IMG/VR virus record: IMGVR_UViG_3300011116_000834
Span: 1-64,000 of that record
DNA length: 64,000 bases
Strand: one strand, 5' to 3'
DNA from: a virus
A model generated the notes under the pieces. The model was not told the DNA's origin. It saw only the letters and a list, made by a program, of their open reading frames with translations, and did no database searches. The translations under genes were made by a program, and so were the position numbers. Shown here piece after piece: positions 16,526 to 25,025 of this stretch (position 1 is its first letter; each line of letters starts with the position of its first letter).

Positions 16526-17410
16526 TTATTCCGTTGGATATTGATATTTATCATTATTAGTGGTTTCTTCTTCATCATTTTGTTCATCTGAACTATATTC
16601 AGAATCATAATCCGATTGTAAATTATCTTGAGCAATTAAATGATTTTTAGTATGTACGAGATCTGGAGAATGAAGACCTACATGAGTTAATTTAGAATGT
16701 ATATCGGTAAATCTTTCTTTAGCTCTTAATAAATTTGCTTGTCTGGAAAGATTCATTTTATCTTGCTTTTCCTTTTCTGCCTGCTTATCTTTCCATATTT
16801 GATACCAATTTTTTCCTTGATTTAGATCAGATTCGGTAGTTTTCCACTTTTGCATTTCGCCTTGTGCTTTTTCTAGTTGCTTCTTGAGATTTTGATCTAG
16901 ATTTAGCAAATACATTGCAGGATGCTTATTTACCTGATTTAACAAATGATCAGATGGTGGTTGTTGTGGACCACCCATTTGTGCTGCTCCTTGCGGTTGG
17001 GATTGTGCCTGACCCTGACCAACTCCAGATTGTTGCATTTTACGCATCATATCTGCTGGATTGCCACCAGCACCTGGTTGTTGTTGTTGTTGCTGTTTTT
17101 GCTGCATTGATTCTTGAGTTTCAATGTCTATACCATATAGTTTGGCAAGAGATATTAAATAATCTCTGGAATTCTTCTCTATATTGAAGCCTCCACCACC
17201 ATTGACTGTTCCATTTGCATTTTCTTGACCAGGATTTAGTGCATCCACATAGGGATTATAGATTGGCATATTTTTGGGTTGTCCGACACCAAAGAAATTA
17301 CCACTACCAATTGATATTTGAATTGGAGTTGCTAATGGATCCTGGGGTGGGAGATCCAGGTCTCCCCCTGGTTCTGCTTTTTCTAATATAAATTTCTTAA
17401 ATGATATCAT
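16526..17410 (-). CDS. Gln-rich protein with capsid-targeting-like leader MISFKKFILE
   Basis: Closest match in the cluster to the T4 CTS MKTYQEFIAE. Confidence 0.75.
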   Translation of the reverse strand: MISFKKFILEKAEPGGDLDLPPQDPLATPIQISIGSGNFFGVGQPKNMPIYNPYVDALNPGQENANGTVNGGGGFNIEKNSRDYLISLAKLYGIDIETQESMQQKQQQQQQPGAGGNPADMMRKMQQSGVGQGQAQSQPQGAAQMGGPQQPPSDHLLNQVNKHPAMYLLNLDQNLKKQLEKAQGEMQKWKTTESDLNQGKNWYQIWKDKQAEKEKQDKMNLSRQANLLRAKERFTDIHSKLTHVGLHSPDLVHTKNHLIAQDNLQSDYDSEYSSDEQNDEEETTNNDKYQYPTE

Positions 17411-17430
17411 ATTATTATATATAAATTGTG

Positions 17431-17458
17431 TTGACAAGGATGTAGATGCTGATAGACT
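17431..17458 (+). promoter_or_regulatory. sigma70-type promoter TTGACA-16-TAGACT
   Basis: Consensus -35 box; upstream of AGGAG RBS. Confidence 0.7.
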
Positions 17459-17475
17459 ATTGAACAAATAGGAGT

Positions 17476-17805
17476 ATGATTATGAATCACCTAAATATTT
17501 TTGAAATTTATCCAAATTATTCTATTTTATCATTAATTGATGATGATTTTGATGATGATGAATTTGAAGAAGAGGAAGATGATGAGGATCTTGATGATGA
17601 CTTCGAAGACGATGATGACTTCGAAGACGATGAAGATTTTGAAGATGACGATGAAGAAGATTTCGACGATGATGATTTAGATGATGATGATTTAGATGAT
17701 GATGATTTAGATGATGATGATGATGATGATGATGAAAATGGATATGATGATGATGAACATCAAGAATATGAATATGAAACTGATGATGAAGATCCTTATC
17801 GGTAA
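17476..17805 (+). CDS. Extremely acidic (poly-Asp/Glu) protein, possible nucleic-acid mimic
   Basis: RBS and promoter; about 80-residue D/E tract punctuated by F/L. Confidence 0.7.
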   Translation: MIMNHLNIFEIYPNYSILSLIDDDFDDDEFEEEEDDEDLDDDFEDDDDFEDDEDFEDDDEEDFDDDDLDDDDLDDDDLDDDDDDDDENGYDDDEHQEYEYETDDEDPYR

Positions 17806-18032
17806 TGTCAGATAAATCATCAATATCAGAACAACTTACAAACTGCTATGAATATTTTGAACTATCTGAAAGAGCAGCGATAGATTGTGCTTTTGAAGAA
17901 AGCAATAATTATTGGATCAAGACAGTGAATGTTGCTAATAGTTTACTAAATAAGAATGAACATGGTTCTTTTTTAGATGAAGAATATCATTTTCTTGTTC
18001 AAGTTTCAAATTACTTTAAGGATGTAAATTAA
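17805..18032 (+). CDS. Hypothetical protein
   Basis: TAATG coupling with the upstream gene. Confidence 0.65.
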   Translation: MSDKSSISEQLTNCYEYFELSERAAIDCAFEESNNYWIKTVNVANSLLNKNEHGSFLDEEYHFLVQVSNYFKDVN

Positions 18033-18033
18033 A

Positions 18034-18411
18034 ATGCGTGACTATACTATTGAAGTTTTTCTAAATGAAGAGTATGGATATAAGACTTGGATTTGGAATC
18101 CAAATATGGGTGAAGATGAATTCGTTTCATGGTGGAATGATCTAACTGAATCTGATATCATCAAGTATTTTTTCAATATCAAAGCACTTCCAGGCACACT
18201 CAAAGAATATGTGGAAAAGTCCCCAGGAACTGTTTCTGTTAGAGAAACAGGCGATCCAACATCACATCGCCCATATTATTACTGCCATTTCCATGATGTG
18301 AATGATTCCTATATTTCAGTAGGAACAAATAATTATCGCTTCCGCAATCGTTCTCGTTACGATTGGAAGGAGCATTGGTTGGATCATCAATTGAGCAAGA
18401 ACAAGTCTTAA
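18034..18411 (+). CDS. Hypothetical protein
   Basis: ORF in operon. Confidence 0.7.
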   Translation: MRDYTIEVFLNEEYGYKTWIWNPNMGEDEFVSWWNDLTESDIIKYFFNIKALPGTLKEYVEKSPGTVSVRETGDPTSHRPYYYCHFHDVNDSYISVGTNNYRFRNRSRYDWKEHWLDHQLSKNKS

Positions 18412-18692
18412 GATATCAGTCCAATGACATCATAGGTTTGTGGAATTATGGCACTGACATGGACTGGAACTAATTGACTTGGACCTACGCTAACTTTTGC
18501 AAGTGAACCAAGTGTACTTCCATAATATGTAATTCCATATGCATTGGTAGCAGCATTTAGAGTGGTTCCCAAAAATGGACTTGCAAGTCCAACCATTTGT
18601 GCTGTTGCACCATTGATAAATCCCACATAACTTCCATAAGTGACTCCAGTGGAAGCGGGTATTATTCTTGTTCTCTTATAGGATTCAGCCAT
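18408..18692 (-). CDS. Hypothetical protein, probably late/structural
   Basis: GGAG RBS and ATAAATA on the minus strand at about 18720. Confidence 0.6.
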   Translation of the reverse strand: MAESYKRTRIIPASTGVTYGSYVGFINGATAQMVGLASPFLGTTLNAATNAYGITYYGSTLGSLAKVSVGPSQLVPVHVSAIIPQTYDVIGLIS

Positions 18693-18848
18693 TATATTTC
18701 TCCGTGATACATATATTTATGCAAAAACCAAATTGGCAGGAATTCGACTTTAAGGTGGCAAGCGATTATTCTCATGGAAGTCCTGAATATTATAGGGAAA
18801 CTCTCCGTAATATGATCGGTATGCCTACCAATTTACCTGGAGAGAAAA

Positions 18849-19283
18849 ATGATAATCAAGAAGCAAAACCTAACACGCGAAATATTGGTAAAGTTTTTAA
18901 TGCAGGGAATATGTCAAGTTTCCTTCGAAAAACTTAAGGATGGAACCAATCGTATTCTTCTTTGCACCCTAGAACCATCGCTGATTCCTAGCAATTATCT
19001 CAGTAGTGTTAGGAAAGTGCTGGCACCATCGGGAAACACGGATATACTGCCTGTATGGGAAGTCAGTGAGGGTAAATGGAAAAGTTTCAAGATATCAAAC
19101 TTGAACGATTTCAGAACTCCCGATGAATTGCTAACTGCTGATAAACCAGGTCAGGATCTTGATTCAAATCAAAAGCAGATTATTGAAAAACTCAAGAAAG
19201 ATGCAGAGAAGAAGTTTCAAAAACTTGTGGCAGAACTAAAGCAAGAAGCCTTAGACGCAAAGAAAAAATTAAATGGAGAATAA
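18849..19283 (+). CDS. Second WYL_2 / Sm-like SH3 barrel protein
   Basis: ICQVSFEKLKDGTNRILLCTL...VWEVSEGKWKSF. Confidence 0.75.
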   Translation: MIIKKQNLTREILVKFLMQGICQVSFEKLKDGTNRILLCTLEPSLIPSNYLSSVRKVLAPSGNTDILPVWEVSEGKWKSFKISNLNDFRTPDELLTADKPGQDLDSNQKQIIEKLKKDAEKKFQKLVAELKQEALDAKKKLNGE

Positions 19284-19285
19284 TT

Positions 19286-19450
19286 ATGAATACCCCAGAT
19301 CGTGAAGTACTAATGAAGCATCGGGCAAAGAAGCGCAAGTGGACTGCAAAGAATCAAGCATCACTTGCTAATGCGAAGAAGAAGACTCTAGAAGATCTTT
19401 ATAAGCAAGGTCGTCTTCCCAAGGCATTCTTTTCGCGGATTGGTGTATGA
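19286..19450 (+). CDS. Small basic protein (54 aa, MNTPDREVLMKHRAKKRK...), not in ORF track
   Basis: GGAG RBS; ATGA overlap with the next gene. Confidence 0.65.
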   Translation: MNTPDREVLMKHRAKKRKWTAKNQASLANAKKKTLEDLYKQGRLPKAFFSRIGV

Positions 19451-19953
19451 ACATATTCGTTCTTGATGAAAATCCGCATATCGCAGCACATATGATGTGT
19501 GACAAGCATGTGGTAAAGATGATCGTGGAGGGATGTCAAATGCTCTCCACGAATCATCGTTTATCTGGCAGTCATGTTGTGTATGCGCCTATCAATTTGT
19601 ACAAGCAATCATTTCAAAATCACCCATGTACCATATGGGCGAGGCAGACTACCGATAATTATTTTTGGTTAGCAGAGCATACTCACGAATTATCGCTTGA
19701 GTATACTCGTCGTTACAATAAAATTCATTTGTCACATGCCATGACTGAATGGTTTAGATTTCATCCTCCTTTACAAATTCCAAGAGGAGATTTAACACCA
19801 TTTGCTCAGGCAATGCCAGAGGAATTTAAAGTTCCTGGGGATGCTGTTGCTGCGTATCGTAAATATTACATTGGGGCAAAGTCAAAGTTTGCTAAATGGA
19901 AATACACAAATCCTCCAGATTGGTACTTGACACGATCTGGAATGCTGGTATAG
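19447..19953 (+). CDS. Pyrimidine-dimer DNA glycosylase / endonuclease V family protein
   Basis: MNIFVLD...CDKHVVKMIVE..QMLST...NHPCTIW...EYTRRYNKIH...FAQAMP signature. Confidence 0.85.
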   Translation: MNIFVLDENPHIAAHMMCDKHVVKMIVEGCQMLSTNHRLSGSHVVYAPINLYKQSFQNHPCTIWARQTTDNYFWLAEHTHELSLEYTRRYNKIHLSHAMTEWFRFHPPLQIPRGDLTPFAQAMPEEFKVPGDAVAAYRKYYIGAKSKFAKWKYTNPPDWYLTRSGMLV

Positions 19954-19965
19954 TTGACATATAAC

Positions 19966-20039
19966 GCCTCCTTAGCTCAGTTTGGTAGAGCTGCAGACTT
20001 TTAATCTGTAGGTCGTAGGTTCAAATCCTACAGGGGGTA
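19966..20039 (+). tRNA. tRNA-Lys(TTT)
   Basis: Full cloverleaf; promoter TTGACA(19927)-16-TATAGT; no encoded CCA. Confidence 0.92.
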
Positions 20040-20042
20040 TTT

Positions 20043-20114
20043 GCGAGCGTAACTCAGCGGTAGAGTCTCGGTTTTCCAAACCGATGGTCGAGGGTTCGAA
20101 TCCCTTCGTTCGCT
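20043..20114 (+). tRNA. tRNA-Gly(TCC)
   Basis: Cloverleaf GCGAGCG...CGTTCGC, anticodon loop TT-TCC-AA. Confidence 0.92.
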
Positions 20115-20119
20115 TATGA

Positions 20120-20350
20120 ATGACAATAGACGACATGCAGCAGGAAAGGGAGATAAACCCCGTGAGGTTGACTACCAAAAATGGTCAGATAACTGGGATA
20201 AAATCTTCGGAAAGAAAACAAATGGCAAGCGATGCAGAAGTAAAATTTTATCTAGAAAGAAAAAAGATGCTGGAAAAGATTCTTGAATCAAATAAAGAAT
20301 ATCAGCATTATATGATTTTACTGGATTATAATAAAAATGGAGCAGATTGA
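20120..20350 (+). CDS. Hypothetical protein
   Basis: ORF track only. Confidence 0.45.
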   Translation: MTIDDMQQEREINPVRLTTKNGQITGIKSSERKQMASDAEVKFYLERKKMLEKILESNKEYQHYMILLDYNKNGAD

Positions 20351-20374
20351 TTTACATCAATTTGTCTATAATAT

Positions 20375-20638
20375 ATGAAAATTTCAAATTTTTTCAAATT
20401 ATTCTTAAATGAAGAAGATCCCCAACAGGTTCGTCTTTATAAGGAAAGATTGACCGAATGTATTCTTATTCAACTTCCAAAGGAAGCAAATAAAGGTGAT
20501 TTGAAAGAACTTCTTCATATTTCTCAAGTTATTTCGGATATGCAGAAAAATTCTGCAATTATTATTCCAGATTCTTGGAAAATTAGTAAAATTTCTGTTG
20601 ATGTTTCTCTCGGTGTTTATGTAAAACCCCAGGATTAA
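20375..20638 (+). CDS. Hypothetical protein with leader-like MKISNFFKLFLNE
   Basis: ORF; CTS-like N-terminus. Confidence 0.6.
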   Translation: MKISNFFKLFLNEEDPQQVRLYKERLTECILIQLPKEANKGDLKELLHISQVISDMQKNSAIIIPDSWKISKISVDVSLGVYVKPQD

Positions 20639-20682
20639 TAAAATCATAACAAGAATCCTCCTACATACCGTGGAGGCATTTT

Positions 20683-20982
20683 ATGGTTCCAGAAGAAGAA
20701 GTCACAATAAGAATCAACAACAAAAATTGGAAGATTAAGATTGTAAAATCAACTGAACTTTCTCCAAATACCTGTGGAGAATGTGACGACCCAAAATACG
20801 CTAAACCCGAAATTTGGGTAAAACGAAGTCTAAAACCAATAGATCTCATGGATACAGTTATTCATGAAGTTCTTCATGCTATCCGTCCAGAATTGTCTGA
20901 GGAAGCGGTTTTGGAAACAGGAACCACAATTGCTAAGGCACTGTGGAAATTAAATTATAGAAAAATTTCAAACACAGAATAA
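20683..20982 (+). CDS. Small HExxH zincin-like protein
   Basis: DTVIHEVLHA; GGAGG RBS. Confidence 0.75.
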   Translation: MVPEEEVTIRINNKNWKIKIVKSTELSPNTCGECDDPKYAKPEIWVKRSLKPIDLMDTVIHEVLHAIRPELSEEAVLETGTTIAKALWKLNYRKISNTE

Positions 20983-21011
20983 ACATTCTGTTGGAATTTA
21001 AAAAAAACAAC

Positions 21012-21039
21012 TTGACAATGTATTCACTGACTGTATAAT
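21012..21039 (+). promoter_or_regulatory. sigma70-type promoter TTGACA-16-TATAAT
   Basis: Perfect hexamers. Confidence 0.8.
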
Positions 21040-21120
21040 TAGCACAGTCAATCGAACAAAGACTGACCCCCAATGTTCGGTTTGGTTTCAATTGGGTCAT
21101 CAAAGGAATTGGTAATCTAT

Positions 21121-21396
21121 ATGCCAACGACAACTCTCTCAAAGAAGCGTAAGGTCCTCAACTATCTCGCAAGCGGCAAGTCACTTACCGCTGCTCAGGC
21201 AATGAGCCGTTTTGGAGTGCGTAATCTCCGTGCCACCATGAGCGACATTCGCGATCAGGTGGAACGCTATGGCAATTGGCAGGTCATGACCGAGATGACC
21301 AGCAATGGTCATGTTCGCTACATGATGGTCGATACTCATCCTGGTTGCCGTTCCTATGCATACAAGCCTGACGGTACTCGTTACCTCATTGGTTAA
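21121..21396 (+). CDS. Winged helix-turn-helix DNA-binding protein
   Basis: VLNYLASGKSLTAAQAMSRFGVRNLRATMSDIR; own promoter; terminator at about 21409-21441. Confidence 0.75.
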   Translation: MPTTTLSKKRKVLNYLASGKSLTAAQAMSRFGVRNLRATMSDIRDQVERYGNWQVMTEMTSNGHVRYMMVDTHPGCRSYAYKPDGTRYLIG

Positions 21397-21443
21397 TCCA
21401 ACCCCCGACATGATGAAGCAGAAATGCTTCATCATGTTTTTAT

Positions 21444-21812
21444 ATGAAGAACATCAATACTATTTTGAATTATGCTTATCCTCTCTGCATGGAAATTCCA
21501 AGGCAGAAAAAGCATGTATCATTGATCTTTCACAAGAATAGATTGGTTTCAATTGGCAGAAATTGTTTCAAGACTCATCCTAAGGCAAAGGAGATTGGAT
21601 ATGCATATGAAGAGATGCACTCTGAACTTGATGCCTATCGAAGACTTCCACATAATCTTCGTGGAATGAAATTGAGTCTTGTCAATGTTCGTTACAATCG
21701 ATTCAAGGAACTTAGGATGTCACGACCATGTGAATTGTGCATGCCTTGGTGTCGTGAAGTCTTTAGCGATATATACTATACCAACAATCTAGGCATGGAA
21801 AAAATGGAGTAA
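21444..21812 (+). CDS. Cytidine/dCMP deaminase-fold zinc protein
   Basis: HSE ... SRPCELC (HxE, PCxxC). Confidence 0.8.
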   Translation: MKNINTILNYAYPLCMEIPRQKKHVSLIFHKNRLVSIGRNCFKTHPKAKEIGYAYEEMHSELDAYRRLPHNLRGMKLSLVNVRYNRFKELRMSRPCELCMPWCREVFSDIYYTNNLGMEKME

Positions 21813-21814
21813 TT

Positions 21815-21970
21815 ATGAAAAAGTATATCCTCAAGGAAACTAAGGAAAGTTGTGAAATCGTAGAACGCTTCAAGGATCTTTTTGGAAACGACATGTGCAA
21901 GATCAAGACCGATTCAGGTATGATCATGGAAGTCGAAGTTTCTGATTTGATTCATTTTCTACAGGACTAA
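21815..21970 (+). CDS. Small hypothetical protein (51 aa), not in ORF track
   Basis: GGAG RBS; fills the operon gap exactly. Confidence 0.6.
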   Translation: MKKYILKETKESCEIVERFKDLFGNDMCKIKTDSGMIMEVEVSDLIHFLQD

Positions 21971-21972
21971 AC

Positions 21973-22281
21973 ATGCCTTACAGACTACACATCGATATTC
22001 CACTCAATATGAGTGAGGATGACGCTCGTCTTGCTTCTATTCAAATTCTAGGACTTCTTGCCGATGTCGATGAGAAGGCAGTCATTCTCAATGCAATTGG
22101 TGTCGAGGAGATCAATTATCGTCTTGGTCATGATGATGATCGTCAGAAGAGCAATTACCTTCAAAAGAATGAAAATGGCCATGTGAACAATAAGAAGTCA
22201 AGGATCACTGTTCCAAAAATGGAACAAATTGAAGCAATGCAAAAATTGGCAAAACTTGATGAAGAACTTGACATCCTATAG
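21973..22281 (+). CDS. Hypothetical protein
   Basis: AGGA RBS; ORF in operon. Confidence 0.7.
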   Translation: MPYRLHIDIPLNMSEDDARLASIQILGLLADVDEKAVILNAIGVEEINYRLGHDDDRQKSNYLQKNENGHVNNKKSRITVPKMEQIEAMQKLAKLDEELDIL

Positions 22282-22303
22282 AAATCTGCTATAGTATGAA
22301 CAC

Positions 22304-22378
22304 GCGCTGTGGGAGGTCTTGGTTATCTCAGACCGACTTATAATCGGTTAAGACTTGGTTCGAATCCAAGACAGCGTA
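22304..22378 (+). tRNA. tRNA-Ile(TAT), atypical D arm
   Basis: Acceptor GCGCTGT/ACAGCGT; anticodon arm ACCGA-CT-TAT-AA-TCGGT; T arm CTTGG-TTCGAAT-CCAAG; promoter TTGACA(22268)-16-TATAGT. Confidence 0.8.
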
Positions 22379-22382
22379 TTAT

Positions 22383-22456
22383 GCCCTAATAGATTAACTG
22401 GCCAAATCCCTGCCCTTTCAAGGCAGTGAGTCGGGGTTCGAGTCCCCGTTAGGGTA
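22383..22456 (+). tRNA. tRNA-Glu(TTC)
   Basis: Cloverleaf; CTGCC-CT-TTC-AA-GGCAG. Confidence 0.9.
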
Positions 22457-22458
22457 TT

Positions 22459-22641
22459 ATGGATGATATTAAAACTAGATTGCACAAAGCAGCAATAAAT
22501 ACGAACAATTCAGAACTTGCTCAATTGCTTTCTGAAGCAAGAAGTAGAATTGAATTACTTGAAATTCAAAATAAAGAATTTCAAAGAAGTCGCGAAGAAT
22601 ATCGTACCCTTCATGGATGGGGTAAAGGAAAAGATGAATAA
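22459..22641 (+). CDS. Small coiled-coil hypothetical protein
   Basis: ORF track. Confidence 0.6.
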   Translation: MDDIKTRLHKAAINTNNSELAQLLSEARSRIELLEIQNKEFQRSREEYRTLHGWGKGKDE

Positions 22642-22643
22642 TC

Positions 22644-22955
22644 ATGACACTACCAAATGAATGGTTCATCTCAATGCGCAAGAATAGGGAATTCCTATTC
22701 GAATTGCTCAATCCTGGAAAGACTCCAAGGGTTTCAAAAGAAGTTCGCAAAAAGGCATCAGAATGCCTTAAACATTTTCCAATGAAGCATGAGATTGATG
22801 AATTGGAAAAAATGTACGAAACCAGTCATAAAGATAAAAACATTATCCTTGGTGAAATCAACAAGGAAATTCAAAGAACTGGTAATGAAATTTATATGGC
22901 ACAAGAGCGACTTAAGCGTCTAGCAGATGTTCTTAGTGCTTTTATATCCAAGTAA
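22644..22955 (+). CDS. Conserved phage hypothetical protein (MTLPNE...TPRVSKEVRKKA..CLKHFP)
   Basis: Motif familiar from T4-like phages; terminator at 22975-22996. Confidence 0.7.
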   Translation: MTLPNEWFISMRKNREFLFELLNPGKTPRVSKEVRKKASECLKHFPMKHEIDELEKMYETSHKDKNIILGEINKEIQRTGNEIYMAQERLKRLADVLSAFISK

Positions 22956-23037
22956 TAGATTTTATAAATCAATCAACCCCCAGTAATGGGGGTTGTTCTT
23001 ATACATATAGTGTATATACAGTACATGTAGTCTTATT

Positions 23038-23394
23038 TTGAATATTGTGGTTCCTAAAAATAAAAATGGAGCAGCAATGGCAATAGAACCCCCGTGTGAC
23101 TGTTTAGATTATCAGGATCAACTCACAGAGTGTAAACAAGAAAAACACAAAAACTGCGAAGAACGATCCAAAGAACAATCAAATAAAATTTCAAGGTTGG
23201 AAAAGAAAATAATGACGATGACAATCATCGGTGCTATTTCTGTCACTCTAATTGGCAAGGAAATGGTAGATAAAGTTGTGGCATCTTTTAGTTTCTTCAA
23301 GCAAACTCAGAATTCATTACTTCAGGAGAATAAGAATGACACAAAAAATAGCAATAATAATACCAGTACTAACCCTCTTAGCAAACCAGAGTAA
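23038..23394 (+). CDS. Coiled-coil protein with a single TM segment (start uncertain)
   Basis: ORF track; hydrophobic stretch. Confidence 0.55.
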   Translation: MNIVVPKNKNGAAMAIEPPCDCLDYQDQLTECKQEKHKNCEERSKEQSNKISRLEKKIMTMTIIGAISVTLIGKEMVDKVVASFSFFKQTQNSLLQENKNDTKNSNNNTSTNPLSKPE

Positions 23395-23980
23395 TGCGGA
23401 TCTAGTTAACGGAAGTTTTGAGTCTTATAATCCTTTTGGTTATGATTTTTACTCTGGTTCTCTTCCAACCCAAAATTGGGCAACTACTGCTCCAGACAAT
23501 CTAATTGAAATCTGGAATGGACCAATAATGGGCGTTAATCCATATGATGGAACCAATTTTGCAGAATTAAATGCAAATTTTGCATCTGCTTTATATCAAG
23601 ATGTCAATGGACTTGGCGATTTCACTCCAATCAATTGGCATTTTGCTCATCGCGGAAGAGATGGAACAGATACCATGCGTCTCACCATAACCGATCTTGG
23701 ATGGGATCAAAGCGAAGGTGGTGATAATGATATCGTTCTATTTACTCAGGAATTCTCTACAGGAAATTCTGCATGGCAATTCTATTCTGGCACAATCACT
23801 TCAATTGGAAATCTAACAAGATTCTCATTTGAAGCAGTAAATGCTGTTGGTGGCAACACACAAGGAAATTTCATTGATGATGTTGGATTTGGTCAATATG
23901 CTATTCCTGCACCAGCTACATTGTCTATGCTTGCAGTTGCTGCTTTGGTGTCCAAGAAAACAAGAAGAAGAAGAAACTAA
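23336..23980 (+). CDS. Second PEP-CTERM-type (PAP variant) surface protein
   Basis: AGGAG RBS; signal peptide; LVNGSFE carbohydrate-binding-like start; C-term IPAPATLSMLAVAALVSKKTRRRRN. Confidence 0.85.
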   Translation: MTQKIAIIIPVLTLLANQSNADLVNGSFESYNPFGYDFYSGSLPTQNWATTAPDNLIEIWNGPIMGVNPYDGTNFAELNANFASALYQDVNGLGDFTPINWHFAHRGRDGTDTMRLTITDLGWDQSEGGDNDIVLFTQEFSTGNSAWQFYSGTITSIGNLTRFSFEAVNAVGGNTQGNFIDDVGFGQYAIPAPATLSMLAVAALVSKKTRRRRN

Positions 23981-24001
23981 TAAATATATTGCCTTTATGT
24001 C

Positions 24002-24397
24002 ATGATTTATATGCAAGGATATAAAATGCAGAATGATCCGCAAGATATAAGCAATGCAGAATCTTTTTTACACAAATATGGAATAGATATTGGATTTATT
24101 GTTTCTGGATTCTTTGGTGCTTTATTACTAGCATCTAAGAATAAAGGTCAAAGGATAAGTGCATCAATTGCAGCAATACTTGCTGGTACTGCTTGTGCTA
24201 ATTATTTGACTCCAGTGATATTGAATATGTTGCCAGAAAATATTAAAACCAATGGCAAATATGCAGTAGCATTCATGATGGGATATATGGGATTGAAGGG
24301 TCTTGAGATTGCTATTGAAATGGTAGTTCAATATTATGCGTCCAATAAAAAAATAAATAAAATAAAAAAGAAAAAACCTAAAAAGAAAATATCGTAA
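24002..24397 (+). CDS. Holin-like membrane protein
   Basis: Three hydrophobic segments, AFMMGYMGLKG, Lys-rich C-terminus; AATAAATA upstream. Confidence 0.65.
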   Translation: MIYMQGYKMQNDPQDISNAESFLHKYGIDIGFIVSGFFGALLLASKNKGQRISASIAAILAGTACANYLTPVILNMLPENIKTNGKYAVAFMMGYMGLKGLEIAIEMVVQYYASNKKINKIKKKKPKKKIS

Positions 24398-24418
24398 TAT
24401 TTTGATATATAGATTACA

Positions 24419-24664
24419 ATGGAGGTTCCTGTGCCGAAAGAAGTAAACAGAACAGAATTAATCCATATCCAAACAACCAAAGATGGTCGTTGCATTGATA
24501 TGCTTTTAACGATGAAGGAAATCGAAAAAGGTGTAAATCGCGCAATAGACCCAAAAAATATCAATATGATATCAACATGCTGTACATGTTGGCCTTTAGA
24601 AAAACCACCAAAATGTTCTTTTTGGGATAGGTTGCTTTTCAAATGTTCAGAAATTAAGGAGTAA
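24419..24664 (+). CDS. Hypothetical Cys-containing protein
   Basis: ORF track. Confidence 0.55.
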   Translation: MEVPVPKEVNRTELIHIQTTKDGRCIDMLLTMKEIEKGVNRAIDPKNINMISTCCTCWPLEKPPKCSFWDRLLFKCSEIKE

Positions 24665-24667
24665 ATT

Positions 24668-24988
24668 ATGAGCGTGAAGATTATTCGTTTAATGAGTGGT
24701 GAAGAGATCATCTGCAACTATACCTTGCAGGAAACAACTCAAACTGTATTGCTAAAGGACCCATCAGTCCTTATTCCTTCACCTGAAGGAAAACTTCTTC
24801 TTGCCAGATGGTTGCCATATGCAAATACTGAAAATGGCGTAACTTTAGAGACTCGCCATATTGTTTTCGTTATTGATCCTCAGAAGGAACTTGCAGAACA
24901 TTATACCAATGTTATCGTCAATAACCTGGTCGTTCCTGGCAAGAAACTCATCGATCCAAGTGCATCTGGACTAAAACTTACAGTTTAA
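24668..24988 (+). CDS. Conserved T4-like Sm-fold small protein
   Basis: MSVKIIRLMSGEEII...WLPY...IVF pattern; AAGGAG RBS. Confidence 0.7.
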   Translation: MSVKIIRLMSGEEIICNYTLQETTQTVLLKDPSVLIPSPEGKLLLARWLPYANTENGVTLETRHIVFVIDPQKELAEHYTNVIVNNLVVPGKKLIDPSASGLKLTV

Positions 24989-25025
24989 CTTGACTTTGAG
25001 TTGCGGTATGCTATGATTACGGCAT

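Noticed and set aside
5748-17410. Leader-plus-core proteins as RiPP precursors
   Set aside because: The cargo regions are long and no clear maturase or transporter set is present. The LxE ends and late promoters fit T4 prohead processing better.
18668-18937. 89-aa ORF overlapping the WYL_2 gene
   Set aside because: It overlaps 18849-19283 by about 90 nt in another frame and has no recognisable motif; left uncalled.
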